The notes under the pieces: generated by a model
Told to the model about the DNA's origin: nothing
The model's database searches: none
Seen by the model: the letters and a program-made list of their open reading frames with translations, nothing else
Assembly (NCBI GenBank): GCA_963693365.1
Contig: CAVNZM010000006.1
Location: 5,373,264-5,437,263 of the forward strand
Origin: Amoebidium appalachense
Lineage: Eukaryota > Protista > Ichthyosporea
Direction: 5' to 3'
DNA length: 64,000 bases
Position numbers and translations under genes: made by a program
Shown here: one piece after another, positions 1-13,589 of the stretch
How the letters are laid out: each line of letters opens with the position of its first letter
Position numbering within the stretch: position 1 is the stretch's first letter

Positions 1-45
1 ACCAAGAGTACACACCAGCAGCAGAGCAAAAAGACAAAACCGGAT

Positions 46-962
46 TTGGAATCACGGGATTCCCAATCCCCTCCGGCTCTCGCATCTGCAAACGAGTCGA
101 ATCCCAGCGAAATGGAGCCGGATATTCCTGATTTCGTCAGCGTCCGTGGGCCGATGTGGAGACGGTTCGAAACCGACCCGTTACCAGATTACGAATCGGG
201 TCAGAACGAAGCAAGCGAGCAGGGGGTAGAGGAGAGTGTAGATTCGGTGGATTCTGTGGACGTTGAAGTTATACAAGACGCGGAAGAAACTGTTTCAGAA
301 ATTCCCGTACATGAAACCGAAAATCCGGAAATTGAAATCCCCGACGAGAACGCGGTCCCGAAACCGGCCAAGAGGAAAAGGGGAAGACCTCCCAAAGAAC
401 CGTCGGGCCCCAGCCAGGAAGATATGCCCATGGGTCCGCCACCGGATTTGGAATATTGGCAACATCCTCCGGAAATGTTTCCGAACCCCGATATGATAAT
501 GCCGCCACCACCAAACATGATGCCTCCGCCAAACATGTTGTTCCCGAACGCCGGCATGGTGAATCCGAATTTCCAGTTTCCGTATCCCGGATTTCCGCAA
601 TGGACCCCGGGTATAATGCTCATGGATCCCACGCAAACGGCAGATGGCGCCGAGTGGGGTACCAACGGCGACGGACGAGTGAAGAAGGGGGGTCTAAGAA
701 GAAATTACCGAAAAACGGAAACAGGAAAAGCAAATCATCATCCTCGGAGAGCGAAGAAGACGGATCGCTTTCGGACAACATGCCGATACAGCACACTTTG
801 AACAAAAAGATGACAAAATCGAAACCGAAAACCCCCGTTTCGGCGCCTTTGTCGGCGACGGCGACGTCGAAAAAGAAAACGTCGAGAAAGGGGTCTGTAC
901 AGTCTGGAGGAGGGGTGATGCTGTATGAGAATGGGCACGAGGTGATTGTGTTGGATGATTGA
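46..962 (+). CDS. 3' terminal exon of a gene extending beyond the window: disordered acidic/Pro-rich protein with AT-hook and C-terminal SIM-like motif; frame switch near 640-690
   Basis: ORF 46..801 contains KRKRGRPPKE (AT-hook). The overlapping frame ending at 962 gives a K/S-rich tail ending HEVIVLDD*. Composition and ending resemble the last exons of the two SET genes in this window. Confidence 0.6.
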
Positions 963-970
963 TTGCACCC

Positions 971-1022
<52 letters not shown>

Positions 1023-3488
1023 TCGAGGGTGGGGTTCCATTTCTCAGATGGCTCCTTGCTCGTGTGTGAACCCTACAGGCACATGTATGTGCACACGCCT
1101 TAACACCCATTTACAAACACACGAAGAAAGATGGGATTTGGTGGGGGGGGTTTGGGGAGGAGCCGTGGGGGGGGCCCCTTATTTTACGTGTGTGTGTCTG
1201 TGTGTGTTCCATACGTGTGTGTGTGCTTGTGTGCAGGGAATAATATGGTCCAGTGTGTGTTCGTCAACCCTCTCAATGATAGCATAAGAAAAAATAACAT
1301 GGCATGAGGCACGTGTGTGTGTCGTTGACATACGGCGACACCATATGTGTGTATAATAGTAAAAAGCTGCAGTGGCCGGGGGGTAGCTACGGAGGGTTTG
1401 TGTGTGCGGACGCCATGATGTTTTTGTGACAGTCTGCGATGTGTATGTGCATAATCAATATTAAGTGAGACGGTGTGAGGATTGGTGGGCCTTGCGGTGC
1501 GTGTGTGTGTGTGTGTTTGGGGGGAGGGGGGGGGGGGGTTGTTGTTTGTGTGTGTACACATGTGTGTTGGGGAGGAGAGGGGGGGGGGGGTTGTTTGTGT
1601 GTGTGTGTATGTGTGTGTGTGTGTGTGTACAGGTTGGTCATATATGCGGGCCACACGGTGTGTTGAGGGGGGCAGGGCAGGGGAGAGGGGGGATGGTAGA
1701 GAGAGAGAGAGAGAGGGTGGGGAGGGAGGGAGAGAAAGAGAGAAGAAATAGATGGAGCTCTGAGAGATAAAGAGGGAGGGAGACGTCGGAGAGGGAGGGG
1801 GAGAGAGAGCTTTTGAACAAGAGACTGAGAGGTAGAGACAGGCAGGCAGACAGAGACGGGGGGGGGGGGGGGGGAGAGAGAGAGAGTGTGTGTGTGTGTG
1901 TGGCTGTGTGGGTGTGTGTGCGCGCGCGTGTGCAGTTGTCGGGGGAGGGGGGCGGGGGGAGGGGGGGGGGATATAAACAGCGCTACAGGTACTAGATGGA
2001 AGATTTTGCAACGTTCAGTCTATGTTGCATACTACATGATGCTACGAGTACATGCTGCTTGGTTCTAAAGTACACCGGTTGTAGCCACCCACACGAGAGG
2101 GCCGATCAGCAAGTCTACCGGGCGATGTTAACCTATATGTAGTCTCAGACTAGAGACCGCAAAAGCAGCAACTGAACTTGTAAACGGTTTGCACGAACAG
2201 ATGAATGTTCTTCTAGATCAGTCCCGTCTTACAGTAAACCCTCCTACAACAGACTTTAGGATACCGTGTGATTGATGCGAGGTGTGATGCGATCTACGAG
2301 GCCGACGGCGCCAAAGCAGACATATCATGATATTCATGATATGCAAGCTAACAATTGCTATGTCGTCAACCTGGATTCGATTTACGTGTCTTTTGGACTT
2401 TATCTTTGATGTCTTTGTTTCATCCACGCAATGCAGATATATGTATGCACCTTTGGTGATTTCACCGCGTTCGTGAGTTTCCCTCAGGTCCCCAGTGTTC
2501 CCACTCATGAGGTTGCCAACCCACCAAGAAAAACACAGCTATAGCCGTGAGCCGGTCGAGTGAAGCAGGAAAGAAAACTTTGAAAAGCTGTAGGCATGAC
2601 TAGTCTCCAAGGCTATGTACCCACTGGCTTACGTAATTGGCCGGGCACTACTACGCCGCGGGACGGCAACATAAAAACCAAAAAGAAAAAAAAAAGAAAG
2701 AAAGAAAGAGGCCGCAGGGACTCTGCCTCTCTGCAACTGAGACAGGCATGACTGGGTATGACATAATCGCTGTGAGTGGATGTTTCTAATTCTAATACAT
2801 GATATTTGGCCAACCAACGACTGAGTATAGCCTTTCAGCAATCAGTCTCCATGTGCATCGGACTGTGGATAATTTACTCCTAGGTAGTTACATAAAAATA
2901 GGTTAGTAATATTGATAGTTCTTTAAAAAACCTTTTTGATAGTATTAGGAAGCGTATTCATCATTATTGCTATATCTATACGCAGTAAAAGAAATGAAAA
3001 AAGCACTAAACTCTGCCCCGTCCGTTATGACTCTCATCTGCACGCTCATTCACCAATCAAAAACATTTAAGGCACATTCCAAAGGAAAGAAATCACCGTT
3101 TTTCGAATAATGCTCTCCATATGCGGGGGCGTCACCCACAACAAACAAGCCACGAACTGTCATTTCTTTATTCTCGTTTTCAAAAGTTAAGAGGACTATG
3201 TATGAAATGTTTCAATTCTGTCCGTAAAAAAAATCTCGCAACTATGTGATCGCTGGAAAACCTAGCAAAAAATACAGCACGGGCCAGGACATTCTGAGCG
3301 TGCACCCTTTGTTTGTAAGGTAGATCTGGTTGATTGTTGTGTTGGCTTTCAAGTTGGCTTTCAAGATTTGAAACATCAACAAGGACACAACACATGTGAT
3401 GTCTATTAGTAGCCAACTGGGCAAAATGCTAATAATAACATGCATATAAATACGGTATTTGCGAACTTCGCGTTAACAACAAACAAGC

Positions 3489-5057
3489 GTGGCTGAGGGA
3501 GGCGAAAAAACGAGTGCTTTCGAAGGTGGTGTTAAGCAGCAGACACATTTATCTCCGTCTGCAATTTCTATATCTGACATCCCAACACAAACAACCTTTC
3601 CACCCAATAACGCCTGTGAATCGAACATTGCCACCGCAACACCAGGCCATGCGGGCCGAGGAATGGAAAATGAAAACCTACGGGAACATAAATTCGAAAA
3701 ACCAAATATTAGACAAGGAGGTACGTTGGGAAGCGTGGCCAACCTTATGAGCATCACTGTGGGTCCAAGTGTACTCTCCCTTCCGTGGGCTTTTTCTTTG
3801 GTCGGGTGGGGCCTCGGTCTTGCACTTTGCTTAGCGGGGGCATTTGGCGCAATGATAGGTTTACACTTCCTCACCGAATGCGCCTACTGCTTGGATCAAC
3901 ACTCCAAGAGCCCCAAAGATTCTGCAATTACGAAAGAAGAAGGGAAAGTAGAGGGAAATAACAATGTTGCACGCATGTCTATGGGTCTCGCAGCCCAGCA
4001 AGCGTGGGCCCCACTTTCAATTCTCGCCAACATTGCCGTCATCATCAATTCCTACTTGGGCGCTGTTCCGTATTTGGTAGTGGTGGGCGACACCATGCCG
4101 CAGATCTTCCTTCACACTATCTCGGGCATATCTCAGGGAAGTCTGTGGGCAAACCGTGTTTTCTGGATGGCCATCGTCACGTTCTGCGTTTGTGGCCCCT
4201 TGTGCCTTCTACCGAACATCAATTCACTTCGTTTTACATCCTTTCTCGCAATGGTTTCAGTCGCGTACATCTGCATCCTGTCTGTAATATTTGCTGCCGG
4301 CGCCGGCGTGGGGAAAAACTCAGCAGCTATTTTTAACCCATGTGTCGATCATCATGGGGTGTGCCGTGGTTCCGTTAAAGTTGTTGCGCCACCTACTGTA
4401 TTGTATGTTAAAGCACTGGTGACATTCCTTCAAGCTTACGGGTGCCACCCGATGATTTTCAACATTTACAACGAGGTGAGAAAACCCGTTGTGTCGTATG
4501 TAGATAGGATAGTGTGCGTGTGGGCGCCGTGCGTAACCGTGTTTTATCTGATGATGGGTGTGGGGGGGTATCTGACATATGGACATTTGGTCCCATCCAA
4601 CTTGTTCTATGCATGGCCCTACCAAGTTGCTTCCGATGTGGGAAGGATTCTCATGTGTGTGGCCGTGTCTGTAGCGTTTCCTTTAACGATGCATCCGGGT
4701 AGGAGCGCCGTTAAAGATCTGACCAATACGGTGTTTTTGTGGTGTGGCGTTAAGGTAGATCTGCATAAGCTTTCGCCCATAAATGGAAAGCGGCTCGATT
4801 TGGTGTTGTGTTTTACCCACACGCTGTTTGCCTTTTCGATAACCGCTGCCATGTCAGATCTGGGTCTGGTTTTTGCCATTTTAGGAAGTACAGGTGCGTG
4901 TTTGAACTGTTATATACTCCCTGGGTTAACATTTTACAAGTTGTGCGGGCAGAAAAAAGGGTTGAAGTATAAGCGCCTGCGTGTGGTTGCCGTATGTTTG
5001 GCCGTGTTTGGTATGTGCTTGATCCCTGTTGGCCTGGCAGCCTGTTTTTTGGGATAG
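3489..5057 (+). CDS. Amino acid transporter, Aa_trans (AAAP / SLC38-AVT-like) family, intronless
   Basis: 522-codon ORF with ~11 hydrophobic segments and family-type motifs NLMSITVGPSVLSLPWAF, LRFTSFLA, FLQAYGCHPMIFNIYNE, GYLTYG, ILGSTGA..YILPGL. First in-frame ATG is at 3663; GTG at 3489. Confidence 0.9.
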   Translation: MAEGGEKTSAFEGGVKQQTHLSPSAISISDIPTQTTFPPNNACESNIATATPGHAGRGMENENLREHKFEKPNIRQGGTLGSVANLMSITVGPSVLSLPWAFSLVGWGLGLALCLAGAFGAMIGLHFLTECAYCLDQHSKSPKDSAITKEEGKVEGNNNVARMSMGLAAQQAWAPLSILANIAVIINSYLGAVPYLVVVGDTMPQIFLHTISGISQGSLWANRVFWMAIVTFCVCGPLCLLPNINSLRFTSFLAMVSVAYICILSVIFAAGAGVGKNSAAIFNPCVDHHGVCRGSVKVVAPPTVLYVKALVTFLQAYGCHPMIFNIYNEVRKPVVSYVDRIVCVWAPCVTVFYLMMGVGGYLTYGHLVPSNLFYAWPYQVASDVGRILMCVAVSVAFPLTMHPGRSAVKDLTNTVFLWCGVKVDLHKLSPINGKRLDLVLCFTHTLFAFSITAAMSDLGLVFAILGSTGACLNCYILPGLTFYKLCGQKKGLKYKRLRVVAVCLAVFGMCLIPVGLAACFLG

Positions 5058-5448
5058 CGAGAAAGAATAATCGAATGAGATATACTAGACGCTGCGTGAG
5101 AAGTATATATCCATAGTCTGTAAGAACTGAATGTGTGGGTTTTTTCTTGGTGTTCTCAGAGCTGGTTTGTCGGTACACATGTCACTGGTATAGCAGTACA
5201 TTTTGACTGAATAAGACCTAAAAAAAATTGAAAGCTCAAGATAAAATCAAAAACCTATGAATGTGTAAACATGTAATTGGTGATGGAAATACGATGTAAC
5301 CTATATCTCAGATTCTGTATATCTCTAGAACCGTTCTTGTTGATATATGAGGTACACATACACAACTGTTGTATGGGACTATGTGCCATAAAATACAGCA
5401 CGATGAGATATGTGAATATCTGTTTTCTTTCGTGTGTCCTGAGTACTT

Positions 5449-5486
<38 letters not shown>

Positions 5487-5574
5487 GGCTCCTGCACACC
5501 CACACGTGCACCCCACCCCCGAGAAAACACCCCCACCCCAACATGTTCGTCTACACCATGCACACACATGATAA

Positions 5575-5609
<35 letters not shown>

Positions 5610-6737
5610 GGCCGGGGCACCCAACACAAACACACACACACACATACACACACACTTCCCCAACCCTCCCCCCTCCCCCCCCCCCCCCCCCCCCCCCCCC
5701 TCCCCCCGCCAGTCTTCTATCGCCAAGTCCACAGAAACACACACAAACGTTAACAGACGTTATATATATAAAAACACAGAAAAGAAACGTGCATTTGCAC
5801 ACACGTGCGTGCAGTGCATTCACATGCCACACTTGCATGCACACACAGAGAAGAGCACACTCACGGGCTCATATACATCCACGCACAGACACTGGGAACA
5901 GACATGTGCACACGTACCCACGGCCGAAATGTGTACGTGCTATGCAGCTGCCCCCTCCCCCCCCTCCCCCCAGGCCCCCCCCCCCAGCCTCCTTTCCGGG
6001 CCTCCCCCCCCCCCCCCCCCCCTCCACACACACACACACACACAAACACGCACACACGCACAATCTCCCTCCCTCACCCTTCCTTCCTTCTCACTCTCTC
6101 TCCCTCTCTTTGTATTCCTCCGCTCTCTTGCTCTCTCTCTCTCCTCCCTCTCTAACTCTCGCAGGCTCTCTCTCTCTCTCTTTCTCTCTCAGTCCCAAAT
6201 TTAAACCCCCCCCCCCCCCTCCCCCCGCCCCTCTTTCTCCCTCCTTCCCCCCCCTCCCCCCTCCATAACCCATTCACCCACTGAACCCCTTTTTCTCGTA
6301 CATATACAGGTGTGCACGCATGACCACAAATGTTACACATGATCCGTATATACTCCATCCGTTCCATAGCCTATGATAGTGCTGAAATTATATGATTCAC
6401 ACGTCTGAATCATTTGGTGTACGAACATGTACATATGCATGTGGTATTCCAAGGTGTATCAATTGGTAACAAAGCATGTGCGTGTGCTCTTGATCAAACG
6501 CACTAGAGCACGCGGGTGTAATGCATCTGAGGTGTGGTGCTAATACATAAAGGTATCTGTGACCACACGGGCAGGTACATATACATACAAGACAGGCGCC
6601 GGTACGTACTAAATAGGAGCTCCATAAACGTGCAAACATTTGCTTCTGCCAAACATATGCATGCATCCTTGCCACCTCATGACAAGAGCATAAGACGATT
6701 AGATCAGGATCAAATCATTCCCGTGCACGCGCATTCA

Positions 6738-6806
6738 CTAACACGTACTGACGTGTTGCCGCACGTGCGATGTTATACATACATCTACTCAGTGGCGGTC
6801 CCTTTT

Positions 6807-6838
<32 letters not shown>

Positions 6839-6868
6839 GAAAGGAGACACCGCCTCAGTAGGTGGTAG
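6738..6868 (+). mobile_element. MITE copy 1 (131 bp), imperfect 16-bp TIR, 9-bp TSD
   Basis: TSD GCGCATTCA at 6729-6737 and 6869-6877. Termini CTAACACGTACTGACG versus reverse complement CTACCACCTACTGAGG. A second copy lies at 32689-32810. Confidence 0.85.
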
Positions 6869-8313
6869 GCGCATTCATCTGCACACAAAATGATACATGA
6901 CCCATGTGGTCGATATATGAATGAGCACGTGTGCGCATGTATCTAATATATGTACGCATGCGTGCACACATACGTGTGGTTGACTTACACGCAAACATTT
7001 CTGACATATGCATTGACCGCATCACACCCACACTCGCATGTTTTGGTTTATGCATTTGCATGTCTATATCCGGGCGCACGTATGATACACACAGTCACAC
7101 ACACATACACACGTACGCAAGCGTACACATAGCGGTTCATGGATATCTGGACACGTGCACACACGGGCACATAGGGCCGAAATATACATATACATGCACA
7201 AATTGTGCACACACACATCCGCACATGTACATGTGCCCACATACACACATACATCAGCATACATGGAGCTTAGATATCTCTGCGCACACACCTTTTGTCT
7301 CGACGAATTGAAGTCTGGCAAGGGCTCCGTGACTTGCAGCCACAGGGATAAACATTTTCATTCAAGTCGCAACATATAAAAAACCACCTTATTAACATTA
7401 TGTTAACACAGTTTTGCACATGCAGAGTAACAGAGGAGCAAAAGCCCCTACATGGAATTTTAACCATGCCAAAGCTCGAATAGGTACATCCAAGCCCCCG
7501 GCAAGAAACTCGTTCCACGCTTAAGAAAACAACCACTAAGAAGAACTTCCACAAATACCACCATCAGTATCAACGCCTTATACAACATCTTATCAACCAC
7601 TTGGTAGGAAACCGTTTCCCTTATCCCTACTCCACGAGGAAAGTTTCATATATACATATGGCCTTTGTCCCCCCCTCCGTTCAATAACCACTGAAGTCTC
7701 CTCATGAATTGTTTATTCCTGCATACATGGTTCTGGTCTACACGCCAACATATGTAACCCCCCCCCCCCCCTCTTTCCCCCCCCCCTCTCCACCAAAACC
7801 ACACTGTACCTATGCCATGTACTATCAGCCCACACACACCTCTTTCCACCAACTATACAACTACGAATTCAATGCATGTGGTTTGCACATAGTCTATGAT
7901 AAAAGAATTTTTTTTTTTTTGGGCCTTATTAATGCGCACATTTCATGGTAGCTCACACTAGGCCTAGATGATACGGGGGTGAAGTGTTTCAAATTGTCTG
8001 CCGTTCAAGTTTGGTGCGTGTGCGCGCGTCTGAGAAAAAACATCCAATATATCGCACATATTGTCAGGGGAGAAAACATTCAAAGCGGTCATGTGCATTT
8101 CAATAGTATACCCCATTCTGTATGTGTGCGTACGTGTGCCTGCATGTGTGTGGTTTGGTTTACACGGCCTATATTTTGAAAAACGGTGGGAGCACTGCTT
8201 TGTGCATGCGGGCGCGCGTGAATGGGCATGTGTGTGTGTGTGTGTATTTGTGGGAGTGTGTGTGTGTGCACGTGCGTGTGAGCGTGAGCGCGCACGTGTG
8301 TGTGCATATGTGT

Positions 8314-8370
<57 letters not shown>

Positions 8371-8386
8371 GTAGGGTAGGTCTATT

Positions 8387-9526
8387 TCAGCACACAATGT
8401 CCACGGTGAAGAAGGGCAGGTCCAGCTTGCCCTCAGGCAGCACACACAGGTCCGATACACCCCGGGCCAACTCCTGGAGCAGGGCATCTGCACAGGAATG
8501 GGTTGACTTGAGCCAAAACCATGCATACCATACAGGCCACACCCGTCAAAGCGTCAAAGGGTTAAAGGGGTTTTTTTTTTTTTTTTTTTTTTTTTGAATC
8601 TGGTTCGGGTCAGAACCGAAGGGGATTGGTGCAACATGATTGGCTGAGCGCGCATCACACTATGATCCAGCCTGGCCCGAAAGTGGCCAATAAATCGGCC
8701 TAAAAGAAGTCTCCTTTAATACCTAGCCAGCTAACATCTACCATACATACCAACCTACAAAGGTTGGCGTATAAAGACGGCATGTCACCAACGGTGTGGC
8801 AAATTTGTAAAGCTGCTTTGAATTTAAAAACACCTTATGATTGGCTTTGCTGACATTTCACACATCACGGTCACTCATAAATAATTAAGTGAAGCAACCC
8901 GCTCTTGCCGATCTCCCCCCCCCCCCCCCCCCCCCCCCCCCACCCCCCCAACACATTTTTTCACCACACATACACACACACACACCACCCCTTTTATACT
9001 AACTGACGCAATATACCATCTATTAACATGCGCTCTATTTTATGTCTTCCCCCTTTTATGTCCTCCCCCTCTCATGTCTTCCCCCTTTTATGTCTCTCAC
9101 ACACCCAGTGCTTTTCTGTGCTTCACTCGCTAGTTACGGCACACTGCCCCCCCCCCCCCTCCCCCTCCCCCTGCCATCGGCACCACCAGGCTTCTTCTCC
9201 TCTCCCTCACATCACTTCCTACAAAAAGTATACAGACTTAATGTTAGTTCATTGATTCATGTATCTACGTACATAACACACACCGTTCATTCAAGTGACA
9301 AACCACGGCGACACAAACAAACAAACAAAAAAAAACATACCATAGGCTGAGCCGTCTAAAGTCCAGTGCAAGCCAACGTGTTCCCTTTCAATCGTTTTTG
9401 GGACGAGTTGTCCGGTAAAATCAAGTTCACCTCCGACGGAAGAGAGGGAGAGGGTTCGGGTAAGATCCGACATGTAGGGGTCAAGGTAGGAACGGATGGA
9501 GGCACCTAGGTCTGGGTCGGTGCCTG

Positions 9527-9610
<84 letters not shown>

Positions 9611-9689
9611 GGGGGAGGGGGGGAGGGGAGGGCATGTGTGTGGGAGGAGGAGGAGGAGGGGGGGGGGGGGGAAGGGCAGGTGTGTGTGT

Positions 9690-9720
<31 letters not shown>

Positions 9721-9953
9721 GGAGAGGGGGAGGAGGGGGGAGGAGGGGGGCAGGTGTGTGTGTGTGTGTGTGTGTGTGCACGCGCGCACGCCCCCATGCA
9801 ACAGACAATGAAAGAGAGAGTGTTGTGTGTGAGTGGGGGATGATGGCCGGAGGGGGAGGGGGTAAGGTAGGGGAAGGATACCAGGGAAGGAGACGGTGGA
9901 GAAGTCAGGAGGGAGGGGGAAGCCGTCAAGGGGGGGAGGGGGGCAGAAGTCAG

Positions 9954-9998
<45 letters not shown>

Positions 9999-10798
9999 GT
10001 AGGCCATCTATGAAGCCCATAGGTTCCAGATATAATGCATAATGCACATACGTTCAAATACAACATATAACATATGAAGCACACCGGTTCCAGATCTTGA
10101 ACGTGTATGTATGCACATAGGATCCATTCACACCGTATATGAGGCACACCGGTTCCAGAACATAACGTTCCAGATATAACATGTATGAACCATATCAGGT
10201 TCATGTAAATCACATATGATATAAAGAACATATCGTTCCACACACAAACCACACCACATCCCCCCAACACACCTTGATCAGGGTCCTGTGTAAACCTGCA
10301 TTCCTCCCCAAAGTCCCCACCCTCATCTATTTGCTCAAAAACCTCCGTCTCTGTCTCCTGCACAGTGGGGCCGAGGGAGAAAGAGAACACCCCAATGTCC
10401 ATGTTCAGACCTGTACAGCGAAGTGGGGAAAAAAAAAAAAAAAAAAAAGAAAGAAAGAAAGAAAGAAAAGAAAACGAGGGTTTAGTTGTAAAGTTGCCTG
10501 CGGTTGCTTGTGTGTGAGCTTTTGCTTGCGTTTTGGTGGTTGTGACATCGTTTTCTTTATTGTGTTTATGGTGGCTGTTGTAAATGGGGGGGGGGGGGGG
10601 GGGGGTGTTGGATAGAGTGTGTTACAGAGTGGGTAGTACACGTTCATGACGGATAACATTATGCAGAAGTTACAAAAGCACACACGAACAGTATGAATCA
10701 CATAGCACATTCTCAGGGAGGGACCCAAGTTGAGGGGAACATGGTGTGTGTGTAGGGGGGGGGGGGGGGGGGGGGGGGCTGGTGGTGGTGGTGGTGGT

Positions 10799-10841
<43 letters not shown>

Positions 10842-11081
10842 AGGGGGAAGGGGGAGGGGGGGGGGGGGGGAGGGGGGGGGGATGAAGCTAAATCAGTGTT
10901 TCAAAACATACCCATGTCAGCGTCGGGTTGTGTAGGCCTTGGGAAGGGGGAAATTTCAAAGAGGCCGGGGGGGTCGTAAACGGGGGCAGAGGGGGGCAAA
11001 AGGTGGATGGGGACAGCAGAGGTGATGGTATCCTGCATGGGGTAGTCGTGCTGCAGGGTGACTGGCTCTGTGTGTGTGTGT

Positions 11082-11158
<77 letters not shown>

Positions 11159-11358
11159 GGGGGGGGGAGGGAGGATTGGAGAGGAGGCGTTAATCATGTG
11201 TGTGTCTGTTTCTTTTTTTTCATGTGTGTGTGGTGTGTGTGTGTGTGTGTGTGTGTGTGCATGCGTGGTGGGAAAGGATGGGACGTCAGAGCTGCCAGAC
11301 CACGGGAAGCATGTACTATGGACAACACAAACAACTATGGACATATACGTAGTCGCCA

Positions 11359-11419
<61 letters not shown>

Positions 11420-11462
11420 GCATACACACACTTCTCCCCCTCCCCCTCTTTCTCCTTCTTCT

Positions 11463-11561
<99 letters not shown>

Positions 11562-11591
11562 ACACTAACCTCCCCCCATCCCCCCCTTCTC

Positions 11592-11681
<90 letters not shown>

Positions 11682-12163
11682 CTCACCTCGCCTACCTCCA
11701 CCCCATCAACATCACCCAAACCTGATTTGCACCCACTCTCAACCAATCATCCGCTCGTCCATCAAACAACCATTCTCCCACACATACAGCTCCATTAAAT
11801 TTTATTACACCATCTGCCCAATCAACGTCCTTTTTATACATTTAACCCCCAAAATAGAAACCATCAGCCCACCAGATGTTTCAGGAACGTTATCGGAGTG
11901 GAACCGAGAAGGCCACAGCTCCTCTAAATTCTATAACACCATCTGCCCAATCAACATCCATTATTGTACGTTTCACCCAAAATAAAAGGGCAAAAACCTA
12001 CCCGATTCTTCTGGTATGTTGTCGAAGTGGAACCGTGAGGGCCACTCAGATAGGGCTGGGTCATCGGCAAGCAGTGTTTTTGTTTCTGTTTTGATTGTGG
12101 GGGCGCTGGTTGTCTGAAGGAGCTTTTTGAACTTGTCCTTGTGCGCAGTAGACTGTGTTTGTA

Positions 12164-12222
<59 letters not shown>

Positions 12223-12231
12223 GGGTGGGTG

Positions 12232-12262
<31 letters not shown>

Positions 12263-12361
12263 GAGTGAATTTGTGAGTGCTTGTGTGTGTGTGTGGGTGT
12301 GTGTGTGTGTGTGTGTGGGGGGGGGGGGGGGGAGGGGGGGTCACGTTATGTGGGTGTGTGT

Positions 12362-12408
<47 letters not shown>

Positions 12409-12913
12409 GGAGGGTTAGATAGTGATAATGGGTAAGATTATCAAGATGGATGTGAAGAAAACGGTGTAGAACAAAAGAAAGGGGGGCGAGCTTGTGAGAT
12501 TGTGTGTGCCTGCATGTGTGTGTAGGTGTGTTGGGTGCGTTGGGAATGTTGGGAGGGGGGAGAAAACACACCACCAATGTGTGACTTACACACACACACA
12601 CACACCAAACACACATATGCTTATCACATTTGCCCACATCCACATCCACATCCACACACACACACGCACCTACACACCCACACCCACACCCACCCACCGG
12701 GCCCACCCACCACCCACCCACACCCACACACACAAACACAACACACACCTCCCCCTGCTGGCCCTTGCCACTGGTGCTCATGTGACTGTTCTTGTTTGTA
12801 AGGTCGGCTCCAAACGTCCTGTTTCCGATCTCAAAACCAAATTTACGTCCTTCCGCCTTGTTGTTTCCTGGCGTCTTGAGCTGTTGTTTTCCTGCGTGCT
12901 GCGGCGTGAACAT
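8387..12913 (-). CDS. Multi-exon hypothetical protein (~314 aa) with N-terminal D-box-like motif; securin-like candidate
   Basis: Phase-compatible exons 12913-12749, 12152-12002, 11315-11265, 11067-10912, 10410-10273, 9523-9341 and 8487-8387 splice to an open frame MFTPQHAGK...RTFGADLTN...[10 protein letters not shown]. One donor is GC. Function is inference only. Confidence 0.65.
10010..10230. repeat. Degenerate tandem repeat (GGTTCCAGA...ATATGAAGCACACC units) in an intron
   Basis: GTTCCAGA and ATATGARGCACACCGGTTCCAGA recur several times. Confidence 0.6.
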
Positions 12914-12924
12914 GTTGCTGCCTG

Positions 12925-12995
<71 letters not shown>

Positions 12996-13224
12996 TTTGT
13001 TTGTGCGTTTGCATGTGTGCGTGTGTGCATGTTTGTGTGTACATGCGGCGTAGGTGTGTCAGACATTTATGAAACAAAGAGGTAGACAGTAACCGTGAAA
13101 CCTCTATTGCAGTGTACACCAGCATGCTTGGCCAAAACTCATGAAAGCAGCAGTGTTATGCATTCGCTATGGCCTTCGCCTGTAACAATATACCTCAGAT
13201 GTCCCCCCCTCCCCCCCCCCCCCC

Positions 13225-13264
<40 letters not shown>

Positions 13265-13589
13265 CTCCCACACACACACTTTCACTACCCACCACCACCA
13301 CCACCACCACCATCTACCCCCCAAAGCTTTTTTTTTTGCCATCTGTCGATCTTAAAACCTAGCCTGTATACTGACTGTGCACCTCTGTGTGTGGCTCTAC
13401 ATGCACTCACAGCGACCACTATTCTCTCACAGCGACGTTTATTCTCTCACAAGGCCTGGCATTGGTTGCATCTTTCCCTATGGAAAAGGGCGCGAGAAGG
13501 GGGGAGGAGGCTTGGGGGGGGGGTTAAACGGAAGAAAAAGGACACTTGGAATAAAGCTATTGCTCTCTTTAATACTGGTACTCCACAAA

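Noticed and set aside
963-2070. Long ORFs of poly-P/G, HT and VC repeats (here and throughout the window)
   Set aside because: Translations of homopolymer and dinucleotide tracts, not genes.
2030-2840. Coding-like unique sequence and an rRNA-like CTAATACATG word
   Set aside because: No recognisable protein motif, and the rRNA resemblance does not extend beyond ~10 nt.
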